From: Candidatus Tectimicrobiota bacterium | Lineage (GTDB): Bacteria; JACPUC01 | DNA: 64,000 nt | Assembly: GCA_016192455.1 (NCBI GenBank) | Contig: JACPUC010000019.1 | Coordinates: 1-64,000 of the forward strand | Direction: 5' to 3' | Position numbers and translations under genes: made by a program | Shown here: piece after piece, positions 23,628-32,568 of the stretch | Position numbering within the stretch: position 1 is the stretch's first letter | How the letters are laid out: each line of letters begins with the position of its first letter | The notes under the pieces: generated by a model | What the model saw: only the letters and a program-made list of their open reading frames with translations | Told to the model about the DNA's origin: nothing | Databases searched by the model: none

Positions 23628-24977
23628 TCACGCCGCCGGCGCGAAGCGCTCCTTGATCAGGCCGGCGACGATCTGCGCATTGCGGGCGCAGCCGTCGCTG
23701 CCGCTGAAGCCGCGCGGCACCGAGGCGTCGCCGCAGAAGAAGAGGTTGGGCAGCGGCGATTGCGGGTCGATGACGAAGCCGGGAATGGTGTTCATTATGG
23801 GGCGGGACTTGTGGTAGAGGCGCACGGTGAGCACCTCGCACTCGCGCTCGAACTCCGGCACCTGCTCCCTTAAGTCTTCGAGCACGAGGCGCCGCTCCAG
23901 CTCGCGGTCGACGTTCTCATGGCTGCCCGGCTCGACGATCTGTAGCGTCAGGTAATAGTAGACTCCCGGCGGCGACAGGCTGCGGTCGAGCTGGTTCATC
24001 ATCTCGATCTGCCCCAGGCGGCGCGTCTCCACCATCGGCAGGAAGCAGATGCAGCCGTCGAAATCGAAGAGCTTCTTCTCGCTGACGAAGATGACCTCCA
24101 TGCCGGCGGCGGGGCGCAGGGTGCGACGCATCTCCGCCAGGTATTCCGGCGCGAAGCGATCCTCGCCGACGAGCGCCACGGTGTCGCGCGGCGGGATGTT
24201 GCTGATGACCACCTGGGCCTGCACTTCGACGGAGCGCCCCTCGACGTCGAAGACGACGCCGTCGACCCGCCCGTTGCTCGCGGTGATCTCGACCGCCTTC
24301 GCCCCCTTGACGATGGCGCCGCCGCGCCCCTCGATGGCCGAGGCGAGCATGTGGTGCAAGGTGATGACGCCCCCCTTCACCCAGCCGTAGGGAAAGCTGG
24401 GGGAGTTCTTCATGGTGTGGATGGCGGTGCCGGCGGGCATTTCGTTTGCGCCGGCGCTCGACAGGTTGGCGGCGATGGCCCAGAAGAAGCCGCGGATGAG
24501 CTGGTTATCCGTGCACTGCGCGATCCACTCCTCGAGGGTCAGGTTGTCCGGCGGCTCGTTTCCTTGCAGGGCGTCGTAGACCATCGAGGTGACGCGCTCG
24601 GCCTCCTCGGCGCTGCGGGCCATCTCGCGGATGATCGTCTTCAGGCCGCCGCGCTGCGGCATGATGACGTCCCGCCCGCCGAAGCGGTACTTCAGCGGAA
24701 TCTCCGGCTCCAGCAGCGGCGCCTGCGGCAGCCCGACCTCCTGCAGCACCTGGTAGAAGTAACGGTTGGAGCAGTAGACGTTGCCGCCGGTGTTGAGCAG
24801 GTAGTCGTCTTTGAAGCGGTGCGTGCTGAAGCGCCCGCCGAGGAGCTGCAGCTTCTCCGCCACCAGCACCCGGTAGCCGGCGTTCGCCAACAAGGCGGCG
24901 CTGCACATGCCGCCCACGCCGGAACCGATGATGACGACGTCGTATCTGGAAGAGAGGTTGGCGGGAAGCGTGGTCAT
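23628..24977 (-). CDS. FAD-dependent oxidoreductase, phytoene desaturase-like
   Basis: YDVVIIGSGVGG..EK...GGR dinucleotide-binding fold, KGG motif, C-terminal NLFFCGD. Confidence 0.85.
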   Translation of the reverse strand: MTTLPANLSSRYDVVIIGSGVGGMCSAALLANAGYRVLVAEKLQLLGGRFSTHRFKDDYLLNTGGNVYCSNRYFYQVLQEVGLPQAPLLEPEIPLKYRFGGRDVIMPQRGGLKTIIREMARSAEEAERVTSMVYDALQGNEPPDNLTLEEWIAQCTDNQLIRGFFWAIAANLSSAGANEMPAGTAIHTMKNSPSFPYGWVKGGVITLHHMLASAIEGRGGAIVKGAKAVEITASNGRVDGVVFDVEGRSVEVQAQVVISNIPPRDTVALVGEDRFAPEYLAEMRRTLRPAAGMEVIFVSEKKLFDFDGCICFLPMVETRRLGQIEMMNQLDRSLSPPGVYYYLTLQIVEPGSHENVDRELERRLVLEDLREQVPEFERECEVLTVRLYHKSRPIMNTIPGFVIDPQSPLPNLFFCGDASVPRGFSGSDGCARNAQIVAGLIKERFAPAA

Positions 24978-25104
24978 CGGGCTGCGTTCTCTTTTCCTGA
25001 TTCAGGTAAGGTGCGAGGGAGCAGTGCCCCCTCGCGCACCCCTTTTACGCGAGCTGCTTTGCAGCTCGCGGTGCAAGCGCGCGCCTGCGCAATTTTCCAG
25101 CGTG

Positions 25105-26109
25105 CTACTTCCCCTTGAAGTACGGCACCACCTGCTTGGCGATCAACTCCAGAGATTTCTGCGGGTCGGGACCGGGTTCGAGGAAGCAGAAGTGCTGCAC
25201 GCCGGCGTTGATCAGCGCCTCGGTCTGGGCGATGAACTCCTTGGTGTTGCCGCAGACCGAGAAGCTGGCGATGCTGCGCTCGGAGATGTGCTTCGACGCC
25301 TCGGCGAGCTGTCCCTTATAGAAGAGCGCCTCCACCGTGTCGAGCTCGGACCTCTCGATGCCGGCCACCTTGTCGAGCGGCTTCAGATTGTGGAGGACGA
25401 TGGGAAGGACGCGCCGAGCATGGGCGATCGCCTCGTCCTTGTTGTCGGAGATGGCGATGAGCGGGCTGACGCCGATGTCCACCTTGGCGGCATTGCGGCC
25501 GGCGCGCGCCGCTCCGATCTTGATGTTTTCGCGCACCTCCGCCATGTGGAACGGCATGGCGCAGAAGGCCAGCTCGGCCTCGTCGCACAGTTCGCCGGCA
25601 AGCTGGATCATCTTCGGGCCGCGCGTGCCCAGGATGATGCGCAGCTCCGGGCGCAGCACCGGCCAGCGCAGGAAGGCGTTTTCGGTGAGGGTGAAGACCT
25701 CGCCGCGGAAGGGCTTCTTCTCCCCCCGCAGGTAGTGCCGCACCACCTGGATGAACTCGCGCACCGCCTGCATCGGTTTCGGCATCTTCACGCCCATGAG
25801 CTGGTGCGACGAGTCCTGTCCCCGCCCCACTTCGAGCACCGCCCGTCCGTTCGACACCCGGTCGAGGAGCGAGAGGTTCTTCGCCGTGTCGCTGGGGTGG
25901 CGGATGTAGGGGTGCGTCAGCCCCGGCCCCACGGTGATCTTCTGCGTGTTGTCGGCGATGGCGAAGAGCACCGGCCACATCGGCACGTCGAGGGTGAAGT
26001 CGTCGGCGATGGAGACCTCATCGACGCCCGCCGCCTCCATCATCTGCGCGACGCGGATGAACTCCTTCAGCGGACGCCAATGGATGAATCGGACGGAGAA
26101 CTTCACCAT
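25105..26109 (-). CDS. LLM-class (luciferase-like, Mer-like) flavin/F420-dependent oxidoreductase
   Basis: GPGLTHPYIRHP, LDRVSNGRAVLEVGRG, GPKMIQLAGE motifs. Confidence 0.88.
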   Translation of the reverse strand: MVKFSVRFIHWRPLKEFIRVAQMMEAAGVDEVSIADDFTLDVPMWPVLFAIADNTQKITVGPGLTHPYIRHPSDTAKNLSLLDRVSNGRAVLEVGRGQDSSHQLMGVKMPKPMQAVREFIQVVRHYLRGEKKPFRGEVFTLTENAFLRWPVLRPELRIILGTRGPKMIQLAGELCDEAELAFCAMPFHMAEVRENIKIGAARAGRNAAKVDIGVSPLIAISDNKDEAIAHARRVLPIVLHNLKPLDKVAGIERSELDTVEALFYKGQLAEASKHISERSIASFSVCGNTKEFIAQTEALINAGVQHFCFLEPGPDPQKSLELIAKQVVPYFKGK

Positions 26110-26272
26110 GGCAAGGAACCTCCAGAGTTACGGGATCGGCCAATCCAGAAGACGTTGCATGTCTCGGAACGCCACGGGCAGAGCGCGCCTCTGAGGAGGC
26201 CAGGGGCCGGCTCGGCACGCCGACATGGCGGGCGACTCCGCGGCGCCTCGGCGCAGGTCGGGCCAGCCATGC

Positions 26273-27682
26273 CTACGATGTCCGCGCCAGCCCCTCCTGG
26301 CGCTGATCCTTCCAGCGGCGCGGCTTCCAGTCGAAGCGCTCGACGCTGCCGGGGGGGACCTCGTTGATCACCATGCTCACCTGGGTGCGGTTCTTGATCT
26401 CGGCGCTCATCTCCCGCATCAGGTCCTGCTTGCGCGCCGCGTTTGTGACCTCCGGCTTGAACTCCAGGCTGATCTCGACGCGCTCCGCCCCCTGGCCGTC
26501 CAGGTAGACGCGGCCGTTGTACTCGTCCGCCTCGGGGTACGAGAAGATAACGTTATCGACCGCCGACGGCCAGACGTTCGCCCCCTTGATCTTCATCATG
26601 TCGTCGTAACGCGACACGGCGCCCACCAGGAGGCCGTCCATGGTGCGGCCGCTGGAGCAGTTGCGCGGCTCGATGAGGGTGACGCGGTCGCCGGTGCGGA
26701 AGCGGATAAGCGGCGACGACTCGCGGCTGAACGTGGTGATCACCGCCTCGCCCTCCTCGCCGTAGCCCACTTGCTCGCCGCTGTCGGGGTCGATGACCTC
26801 CATGAGAGTGGCGTACTCCGGCATGTGCAGGACGCCGCGCTCGCCGTTGCGCACCGCGCCGCAGCCGGCGCAGGTGTAGGCGAAGTAGCTGCCCTGCTGC
26901 GTCGAGCCGTACATCTCATGGATCGGCTTGCGCCAAATCTCGCGCATGCTCTCCGCCCAGGCGACGGGGAAGGCTTCGGTCGACACGGTGATGGCCTTCA
27001 GCTTCGGGAAGTCGCGCGCGGGGTCCAGGCCGATCTCGCGGCAGAGGGTGGTGAGGCGCGTCAGGTAGGCGGGCGCGGTGAGCAGGTAGTGGGCGCCGAA
27101 GTCGCGCATGAAGCGCAGCTTCGTCTTGCCGTCGTAGAGCGCCAGGGGCAGCAGGACGCTGCCGTAGAGGCGCATCCCCTCCGCCGTGCACTGCCCCGCC
27201 GAGGAGGTGGTGAAGGGATACGTCAGGGCGCAGATGTCCCCCGGTTCGATGCCGATCCAGCGCACGCAGGTGGCCACGCCGCTGCCTTCGTAGATGCAGT
27301 CGTTCTCCGTCAGGCCGTAGATTTCCTGCCCCAGGCCGGTGGTGCCGCTGGTGGTGTGAATCTTGCGCAGGCGCTCGGGCGGCACGCCGAGGCGGGTGCC
27401 GAAGGGCGGGTTCGTCTCTTGATCGGCCAGCAGGTCCTGTTTGGTGATGAAGGGGACGTGGCGGCGGAACTCCTCCAGACTCGTGAGGCGCGTCACGTCC
27501 ACCTCGGCGGCGGTGAAGCGCCGTTGGTAGAAGTCGTTCGTGGCGGCGACGCGGCGCAGGAAGGCCAGCAGGCGATCAAGCTGCAAACGCAGCAGCTCGC
27601 CGCGCGGCAGGCGCTCGTACTCCTCGTGGTAGACGTAGGTCGGCAGGTCGATGTGCTTGACGTCGATCGCTCCCCTGGTCAT
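26273..27682 (-). CDS. Phenylacetate-CoA ligase family protein (paralog 2)
   Basis: HTTSGTTG, EMYGSTQ, PLIRFRTGD. Colinear with 18994-20406. Confidence 0.88.
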   Translation of the reverse strand: MTRGAIDVKHIDLPTYVYHEEYERLPRGELLRLQLDRLLAFLRRVAATNDFYQRRFTAAEVDVTRLTSLEEFRRHVPFITKQDLLADQETNPPFGTRLGVPPERLRKIHTTSGTTGLGQEIYGLTENDCIYEGSGVATCVRWIGIEPGDICALTYPFTTSSAGQCTAEGMRLYGSVLLPLALYDGKTKLRFMRDFGAHYLLTAPAYLTRLTTLCREIGLDPARDFPKLKAITVSTEAFPVAWAESMREIWRKPIHEMYGSTQQGSYFAYTCAGCGAVRNGERGVLHMPEYATLMEVIDPDSGEQVGYGEEGEAVITTFSRESSPLIRFRTGDRVTLIEPRNCSSGRTMDGLLVGAVSRYDDMMKIKGANVWPSAVDNVIFSYPEADEYNGRVYLDGQGAERVEISLEFKPEVTNAARKQDLMREMSAEIKNRTQVSMVINEVPPGSVERFDWKPRRWKDQRQEGLARTS

Positions 27683-27700
27683 GGGGCAACCTCACGCTCG

Positions 27701-27730
27701 TTGCCAGGATGCTTGCCTTGCTGGTATGAT
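27701..27730 (+). promoter_or_regulatory. Putative sigma-70 promoter for the ABC binding-protein gene
   Basis: TTGCCA-N18-TATGAT with an extended -10 TG, in a divergent intergenic region. Confidence 0.45.
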
Positions 27731-27878
27731 AAGCGGCGCATGTGTCTCCACGACAGTGAACAGGAACGCGGCGATCCGTTGTACGGATTTTCCATCTTTG
27801 ACCGCGTACCGTCAAGCGCCTGGGCACGACCGGTGCCGCGGCGCTGCCACTCCAGCTTGAAGGAAGGGAGGAACGCCT

Positions 27879-29066
27879 ATGGCACCATCACGTCATCCGT
27901 ACCGCACGACGCTCTCAATCGTGGCGCTTTTCCTGCTCGTGCTCATCGGGCTTGCCGCGCGGCCGGCGGCGGCGAAGCTCGAAGGCAAGGAGGTGAAGAT
28001 CGGCGTCATCAACCAGGTCAGCGGCCGCTTCGCCGCCTTCGGGAAAGACTCCGAGGTCGGCTTCAAGATGGCCATGGAGCGGCTCGAGAAGATGGGAGGC
28101 ATGGGCGGCCTGCCGGTGAACTTCGTCTTCTGTGATGACGCCAGCAAGTCCGACGAGGCCATCGCCTGCGTCCGCAAGCTCGCCAACTCCGACAAGGTGC
28201 TGGCAATCATCGGCCCGTTCCTGAGCGCCTCGTGCAAGGTGGCCTTCCCCGTCGCGGAGCGGCTGGGCATCGTGGCCATCTCCCATGCCTCGGCGGCGCC
28301 GGGTCTGGCCGCGCCGTACAAATTCGCTTTCCGCGCCGCTCTCACCAGCGACAAGCTCAACGCCCCAACCTTCGCCTTGTGGGCGAAGAAGAACCCCACC
28401 GTGAAGACCCTCGTCTACCTCTGGGACAACTCCGACGTGGTCTACAAGGGCGAGCACGACGGCGTCTTCCCGGACCTCTTCAAGAAGCACGGCATGCAGG
28501 TCCTCGACGACATCACCTTCGGGCCGGCGGACATCGACTTCTCGGCCCAGGTGACGCGCGCCAAGGCGAAGAACCCCACTGGCATCATCGTCACGGCGAG
28601 CTACTCCCAGGGCGCCAACGTGGTGCGCGAGATTCGCCGCCAGGGGATGACGCAGCCGATCTACGGGGGCATCGGCATCTCGAGCCCGGAGTTCATCCGC
28701 CAGGCCGGCAAGTCGGCGGAAGGGGTGGTGAACGCGCAGGCGTTCTGGCCGGGCAACCCCGACCCGAAGGTGAAGGGGTTTGTGGACGAATACACCAAGC
28801 GGCATGAAGGCAAGCCCCCCCCCATGTACGCCGCCGCCGCCTATGACCTGATGTTCATGATGAAGAAAGTCATCGAGGAGGGAGGGGTGACGAACCGCCC
28901 CGCCGACCTGCAGGCGGATCGCGACCGCATCCGCGCCGGCTTCGCCAAGATGAAGAACTACCCCAGCCTGGCCGGCAATGTCTCCTTCAACGAGGATGGG
29001 GACGTGGTGCAGGAGGAGCCGGTGCCCCTCGTGGTGAAGGACGGCTTCTGGGCGAAGTACGAGTAA
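27879..29066 (+). CDS. ABC transporter substrate-binding protein, LivK/HAAT type
   Basis: Signal peptide, VKIGVI..SGRFAAFG, DDASK, IIGPFLS, DFSAQV, AAAYD. Confidence 0.92.
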   Translation: MAPSRHPYRTTLSIVALFLLVLIGLAARPAAAKLEGKEVKIGVINQVSGRFAAFGKDSEVGFKMAMERLEKMGGMGGLPVNFVFCDDASKSDEAIACVRKLANSDKVLAIIGPFLSASCKVAFPVAERLGIVAISHASAAPGLAAPYKFAFRAALTSDKLNAPTFALWAKKNPTVKTLVYLWDNSDVVYKGEHDGVFPDLFKKHGMQVLDDITFGPADIDFSAQVTRAKAKNPTGIIVTASYSQGANVVREIRRQGMTQPIYGGIGISSPEFIRQAGKSAEGVVNAQAFWPGNPDPKVKGFVDEYTKRHEGKPPPMYAAAAYDLMFMMKKVIEEGGVTNRPADLQADRDRIRAGFAKMKNYPSLAGNVSFNEDGDVVQEEPVPLVVKDGFWAKYE

Positions 29067-29094
29067 GGTCGGTCGCTGAGCGTGGCTAGTTGTG

Positions 29095-29385
29095 GTGTCT
29101 CACAACTTCGCTGACAAACTTAATGTGGAGGAGGCATTGGTAAAGAGGTTTCTTGTGAAGGAACCACGGATATACACTGATGAACACTGATGGTATCCGT
29201 GTGTATCCGTGTCCATCAGTGGTTCATTCTCAGGACCCTTGTTCCCCCACGCCCCCAGTCCTTTTTGTAGGGGCGGTTCGCGAACCGCCCCTACGATGAG
29301 GGGTGGGCCTGCCTGTGCGTTGCACGCAGACAGGCGAGGGGGCGCGGCTCCCTCGCGGCACCATAGGGTGTAACTTCGGAGACAC
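29095..29385. repeat. Palindrome-packed non-coding element with imperfect terminal inverted repeats (MITE-like)
   Basis: Left end GTGTCTCACAACTT matches the reverse complement of the right end (GTGTCTCCGAAGTT) at 11/14. Contains several nested hairpins. Confidence 0.45.
29267..29294. repeat. GTAG-type REP-like 28-bp palindrome
   Basis: GTAGGGGCGGTTCGCGAACCGCCCCTAC; identical copy at 53064-53091, degenerate copy at 23084-23111. Confidence 0.85.
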
Positions 29386-29444
29386 TCTATCGTTGTGGTG
29401 AACTGCTTGGGCGAGGGAGGAGTGGCCTCCCTCGCCCCCTCTGT

Positions 29445-29669
29445 TTGCGACAGCTCGGCTTGGGCAGCGCCGCCGACCCCTCGATCCTCGGCCGCGTCGG
29501 CTCCAAGGCCGGCATCGACGCCGCCAAGCCCGCGCCCCCCGAGCCCTACCTAATCCCCACCATGTTCCCCGACAACGAGATGCGCCGCATTAAACTCACC
29601 GATTTCGTCCCCAAGGAGCGCCTGGAACAGGTGCCCGATGCGTTTCGGAAGGGGGAGGAGGGGGAGTGA
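29445..29669 (+). pseudogene. 3' remnant of a UbiD-family decarboxylase gene
   Basis: DPS...GSKAGIDAAKP resembles the UbiD C-terminal DPS...GSKxGIDATK motif. Host-like codon usage; no upstream coding part. Confidence 0.6.
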
Positions 29670-30014
29670 GGGGGGGGTGAAGATGATGCGGATGGCCGGG
29701 GGGGGGTGTGTTCCTCGCCACTCTACCAGAAATGTCAGATTAAGTCATAGCTATTACATCATATAAAGACTATGGGGAAAAGTATCCGCCACATGCTATT
29801 GGTAGTAGATCTGACCCTTGGAGATTTCGTCTCCGCAATATGAGCAAGAATGGTCTACCCGGGCTTTGAGCTGCTTCAGAATCTTGTAAGGATCGAGCTT
29901 TGACATTACAAGCTTCCCTCAAGAGTCCAAGCAGAATCTCAAGCTTGGTCTCCCTCATACATGATGTCCCTTCTGCACCGCTATCCTTTCTCAGTCATTC
30001 CCGATACCGTGATG

Positions 30015-31118
30015 CTAAATCCCCCGCGGTGCCTTCTCAAAGGATTCTCGAACGAAAGGCTCCGCTTCTCGCAACCGTTCCACACTGTTGACCGACAGCT
30101 CCACGTCTCCCACGCCCCAGTGCCCAATTCGGGATACATCTCTGGCAAAGCTCTGAGACGAATCAAGAGACTTTGGATTAGTCTTTACCCACACCCGGAG
30201 GCCCCCTTGCTGGAGGTGTACGCAACAGAAAATCCACTTGCCCACTGACCAGCTTATATATTTCGCTTTGTAGGCACGAGTTATCTTCCCCGGCGCGAGA
30301 TCCTGACACAGCCGATCCAACCCTCGATAGAGTTCTAGAATTTCCGTTGGCTTCCCGGTTGTGTGGTGGGCCTCCGTATATTGTGCTGCCTTGCGTGAAA
30401 CACGGCGTTCTGTTGAGTTCGTCTTCGATTCCGTTTCAGCTGAAGAATATGTGCCTGCAAACCATATGCGCCCGAGAGCTCGTTGGATTTGTGCGAGGGT
30501 GACCGAATCATCGCCTATACTCTTCCGGACGAGGCGAACGAAACTGCTCGGGGTCTGCGTAAATATTTGATCGAGTGCTTTGCGTACTTTCCCGGTTGTG
30601 AAAATTTCTGTTCCCAAGCGATCCAGAACACCTTCTGCGAGGGAGTTCTTTGAAAGACGATTAAGTTGAGCTGTTATCTGCTCGATGGATAACACCGGGG
30701 AGTCACGGGGATCAATGGATGCTTCAAACAGCAGTTTTTCTGGTGCACTGGCACGCTCGGAGGCTCTATAGACCTTGTACCGGACGCCGTTGGTTAGGAC
30801 ACACCATTCTATACCGTCATTGGCTGCATAGCCTACCACCTGCGTTATGGACTTGACGTCGTCAAGAGGATTATCGAGCTGTTTCGCCTCCATGAGGAGA
30901 ACGACCTTTCGGTTGATCCTCATAGCGTAATCCACCGATTTTCCATCAACTGTAGGGTATTCAAGTTCCACCTCGTCAGGGTCGCGCACGTCCCAATTTA
31001 GTGCTTGAAGCAACGGATCAATGAAAATGGTCCTTGTCGGGTATTCTTTCAAGCCTTTTCCGTGGTGTCTAGCCAGTTGAGTACGGAGAAATTCGATGCA
31101 TTTTTCAACTGCTTTCAT
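30015..31118 (-). CDS. Type I restriction R N-terminal-like PD-(D/E)xK nuclease fused to a DUF5655-like domain
   Basis: EYPTR..FIDPLLQALNWD, EVELEY, VDYA..MEAK, LTNG; C-terminal RDVSRIGHWGVGDVE. AT-rich relative to flanks. Confidence 0.82.
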   Translation of the reverse strand: MKAVEKCIEFLRTQLARHHGKGLKEYPTRTIFIDPLLQALNWDVRDPDEVELEYPTVDGKSVDYAMRINRKVVLLMEAKQLDNPLDDVKSITQVVGYAANDGIEWCVLTNGVRYKVYRASERASAPEKLLFEASIDPRDSPVLSIEQITAQLNRLSKNSLAEGVLDRLGTEIFTTGKVRKALDQIFTQTPSSFVRLVRKSIGDDSVTLAQIQRALGRIWFAGTYSSAETESKTNSTERRVSRKAAQYTEAHHTTGKPTEILELYRGLDRLCQDLAPGKITRAYKAKYISWSVGKWIFCCVHLQQGGLRVWVKTNPKSLDSSQSFARDVSRIGHWGVGDVELSVNSVERLREAEPFVRESFEKAPRGI

Positions 31119-31336
31119 GATTCTTCTTTCATCTTGCCACGCCCAACACTAATTAGATTGATCCGCATAAGATGCGGAACATCCGTCATCGACTTCTACC
31201 ACACGCCTTTATAGATGTTGAGATATTCATCGTATCCACTTCGCCATTACCCACAAGTTCCTGGACGATTCGAATATCATAACCTCATTTCTTGATTGTT
31301 GAGCAGCTTACGTTATTATTGAGCAACTTAAGGCCC

Positions 31337-31436
31337 GCTGTCAAGCGTTCGTTGGTCAAAGATTCGCTTAAGTATCCTCCCCTCTCCACAAACGCCACCA
31401 CGCCCTTCCCCATGGCCACCGGCGGGCGCATTGCGC
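31337..31436 (+). repeat. ~100-bp direct repeat, copy 1
   Basis: GCTGTCAAGC...GATTCGC...CCTCCCCTCTCCACA.ACGCCACC..CCCTTCCCCATGGCCACC.GCGGGCGCATTGCGC recurs at 32399-32497. Confidence 0.85.
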
Positions 31437-31514
31437 GTCTGAGCAGTTCAGGAATGTTAAATCTGGATGGTATCGCCCCGCTTTCGCCAAAAGCCTCCCT
31501 CGGAGAGGTTTCGT

Positions 31515-31853
31515 TCATGAGCGAATGAGCGATTCCGCCGACACGCGGGGATCAGGCGCTTCGACGCGCCGCACCCTGACCTTCACGTCCACCCGCAACC
31601 CGAGCCGGTTGAGGATCGACATGAGACGATCAACCGTGAAGCGGCCCAGATCCGCGTTGCGGATACGGGAGAAGTCTGCCGCCGCGACCCCCGCGCGGCT
31701 GTGCGCCGCCCGAACGCTCAACTTCTCCCGGTCGAGCGCCTTGATGATTTCGGCTGCCAGGATGGCCTTGAGCTGCTCGATATCCGCGTTCTCACACCCG
31801 AGGTCGCGGAATACGTTGCCGCTTCCCCGCACCACGTCCAGCTTCTCTTTCAT
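31515..31853 (-). CDS. XRE-family HTH antitoxin (HigA-like)
   Basis: GSGNVFRDLG, FSRIRNADLGRFTVDRL. Overlaps the toxin stop by 4 nt. Confidence 0.9.
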   Translation of the reverse strand: MKEKLDVVRGSGNVFRDLGCENADIEQLKAILAAEIIKALDREKLSVRAAHSRAGVAAADFSRIRNADLGRFTVDRLMSILNRLGLRVDVKVRVRRVEAPDPRVSAESLIRS

Positions 31854-32197
31854 CGCAACATCTCCTTCAATCTCTTCAATCGGTCCTTGATAAGATCAAC
31901 GTCCCGCTTCGGCGTCTTGATGCCCCGCGTCGATCTCTTCTGGAATACGTGAACCACCCAGATTTCATCGCCGAGCTGCACCGCGTAGACCACCCGGAAC
32001 GCATCGCCGCGATACGGCAGGGCCACCTCAAAGACGCCCGACCCCATCCCGCGCATCGGCTTCGCAATGTCCGCCTTGCCGCCAGCGGCGGCGATCGCCA
32101 GCGCCGCCAGGCAGATCGACCGCGCCCCCTCCGGGAAGGCCTCGAAGTCCTTCAGGGCCGCCTTGATCCAGGAGATAGGTCGCGGTTTCCGCGTCAT
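31850..32197 (-). CDS. RelE/ParE-superfamily toxin (HigB/Gp49-like)
   Basis: KPMRGMGSGVFEV, AFRVVYAV, VVHVFQKRS. Toxin-first gene order. Confidence 0.9.
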   Translation of the reverse strand: MTRKPRPISWIKAALKDFEAFPEGARSICLAALAIAAAGGKADIAKPMRGMGSGVFEVALPYRGDAFRVVYAVQLGDEIWVVHVFQKRSTRGIKTPKRDVDLIKDRLKRLKEMLR

Positions 32198-32398
32198 GCG
32201 CCGTCGCTGCTCATCGCGTGGCCACGAATCCGCGAAGCTTGGCGAATTCGCTTCCTCTTTCGCTATGTTGTCATATTTGCCAACACCTGTCAAGCAAGGC
32301 CGCCAAAGGGCTAATTTTCGCGCCGGTTCTCCGGCATGTCAGAGACGGCCTTTCGCGCACCATCACCCCTTGCTGCCTCAAGAAGCAAGCTCTACCTT

Positions 32399-32497
32399 GC
32401 TGTCAAGCCTTTCTTCGCCAATGATTCGCCCTGCGCACCCTCCCCTCTCCACAGACGCCACCCCCCTTCCCCATGGCCACCAGCGGGCGCATTGCGC
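32399..32497 (+). repeat. ~100-bp direct repeat, copy 2
   Basis: Matches 31337-31436; followed directly by TATAGT (-10-like) upstream of the MmgE/PrpD gene. Confidence 0.85.
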
Positions 32498-32568
32498 TAT
32501 AGTAGGGCGTGATCGGGGCCCTGCGCCCGGCCCGCCCGCCGTCTTTTCTTTCCCGTGGAGGAACCGCC

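Noticed and set aside
29162-29224. Short periodic repeats as a CRISPR array
   Set aside because: They are 10-nt units forming one inverted repeat, with no unique spacers and no cas genes.
29770-29958. 62-aa ORF in the AT-rich islet
   Set aside because: No motif or other support for coding; left unannotated.
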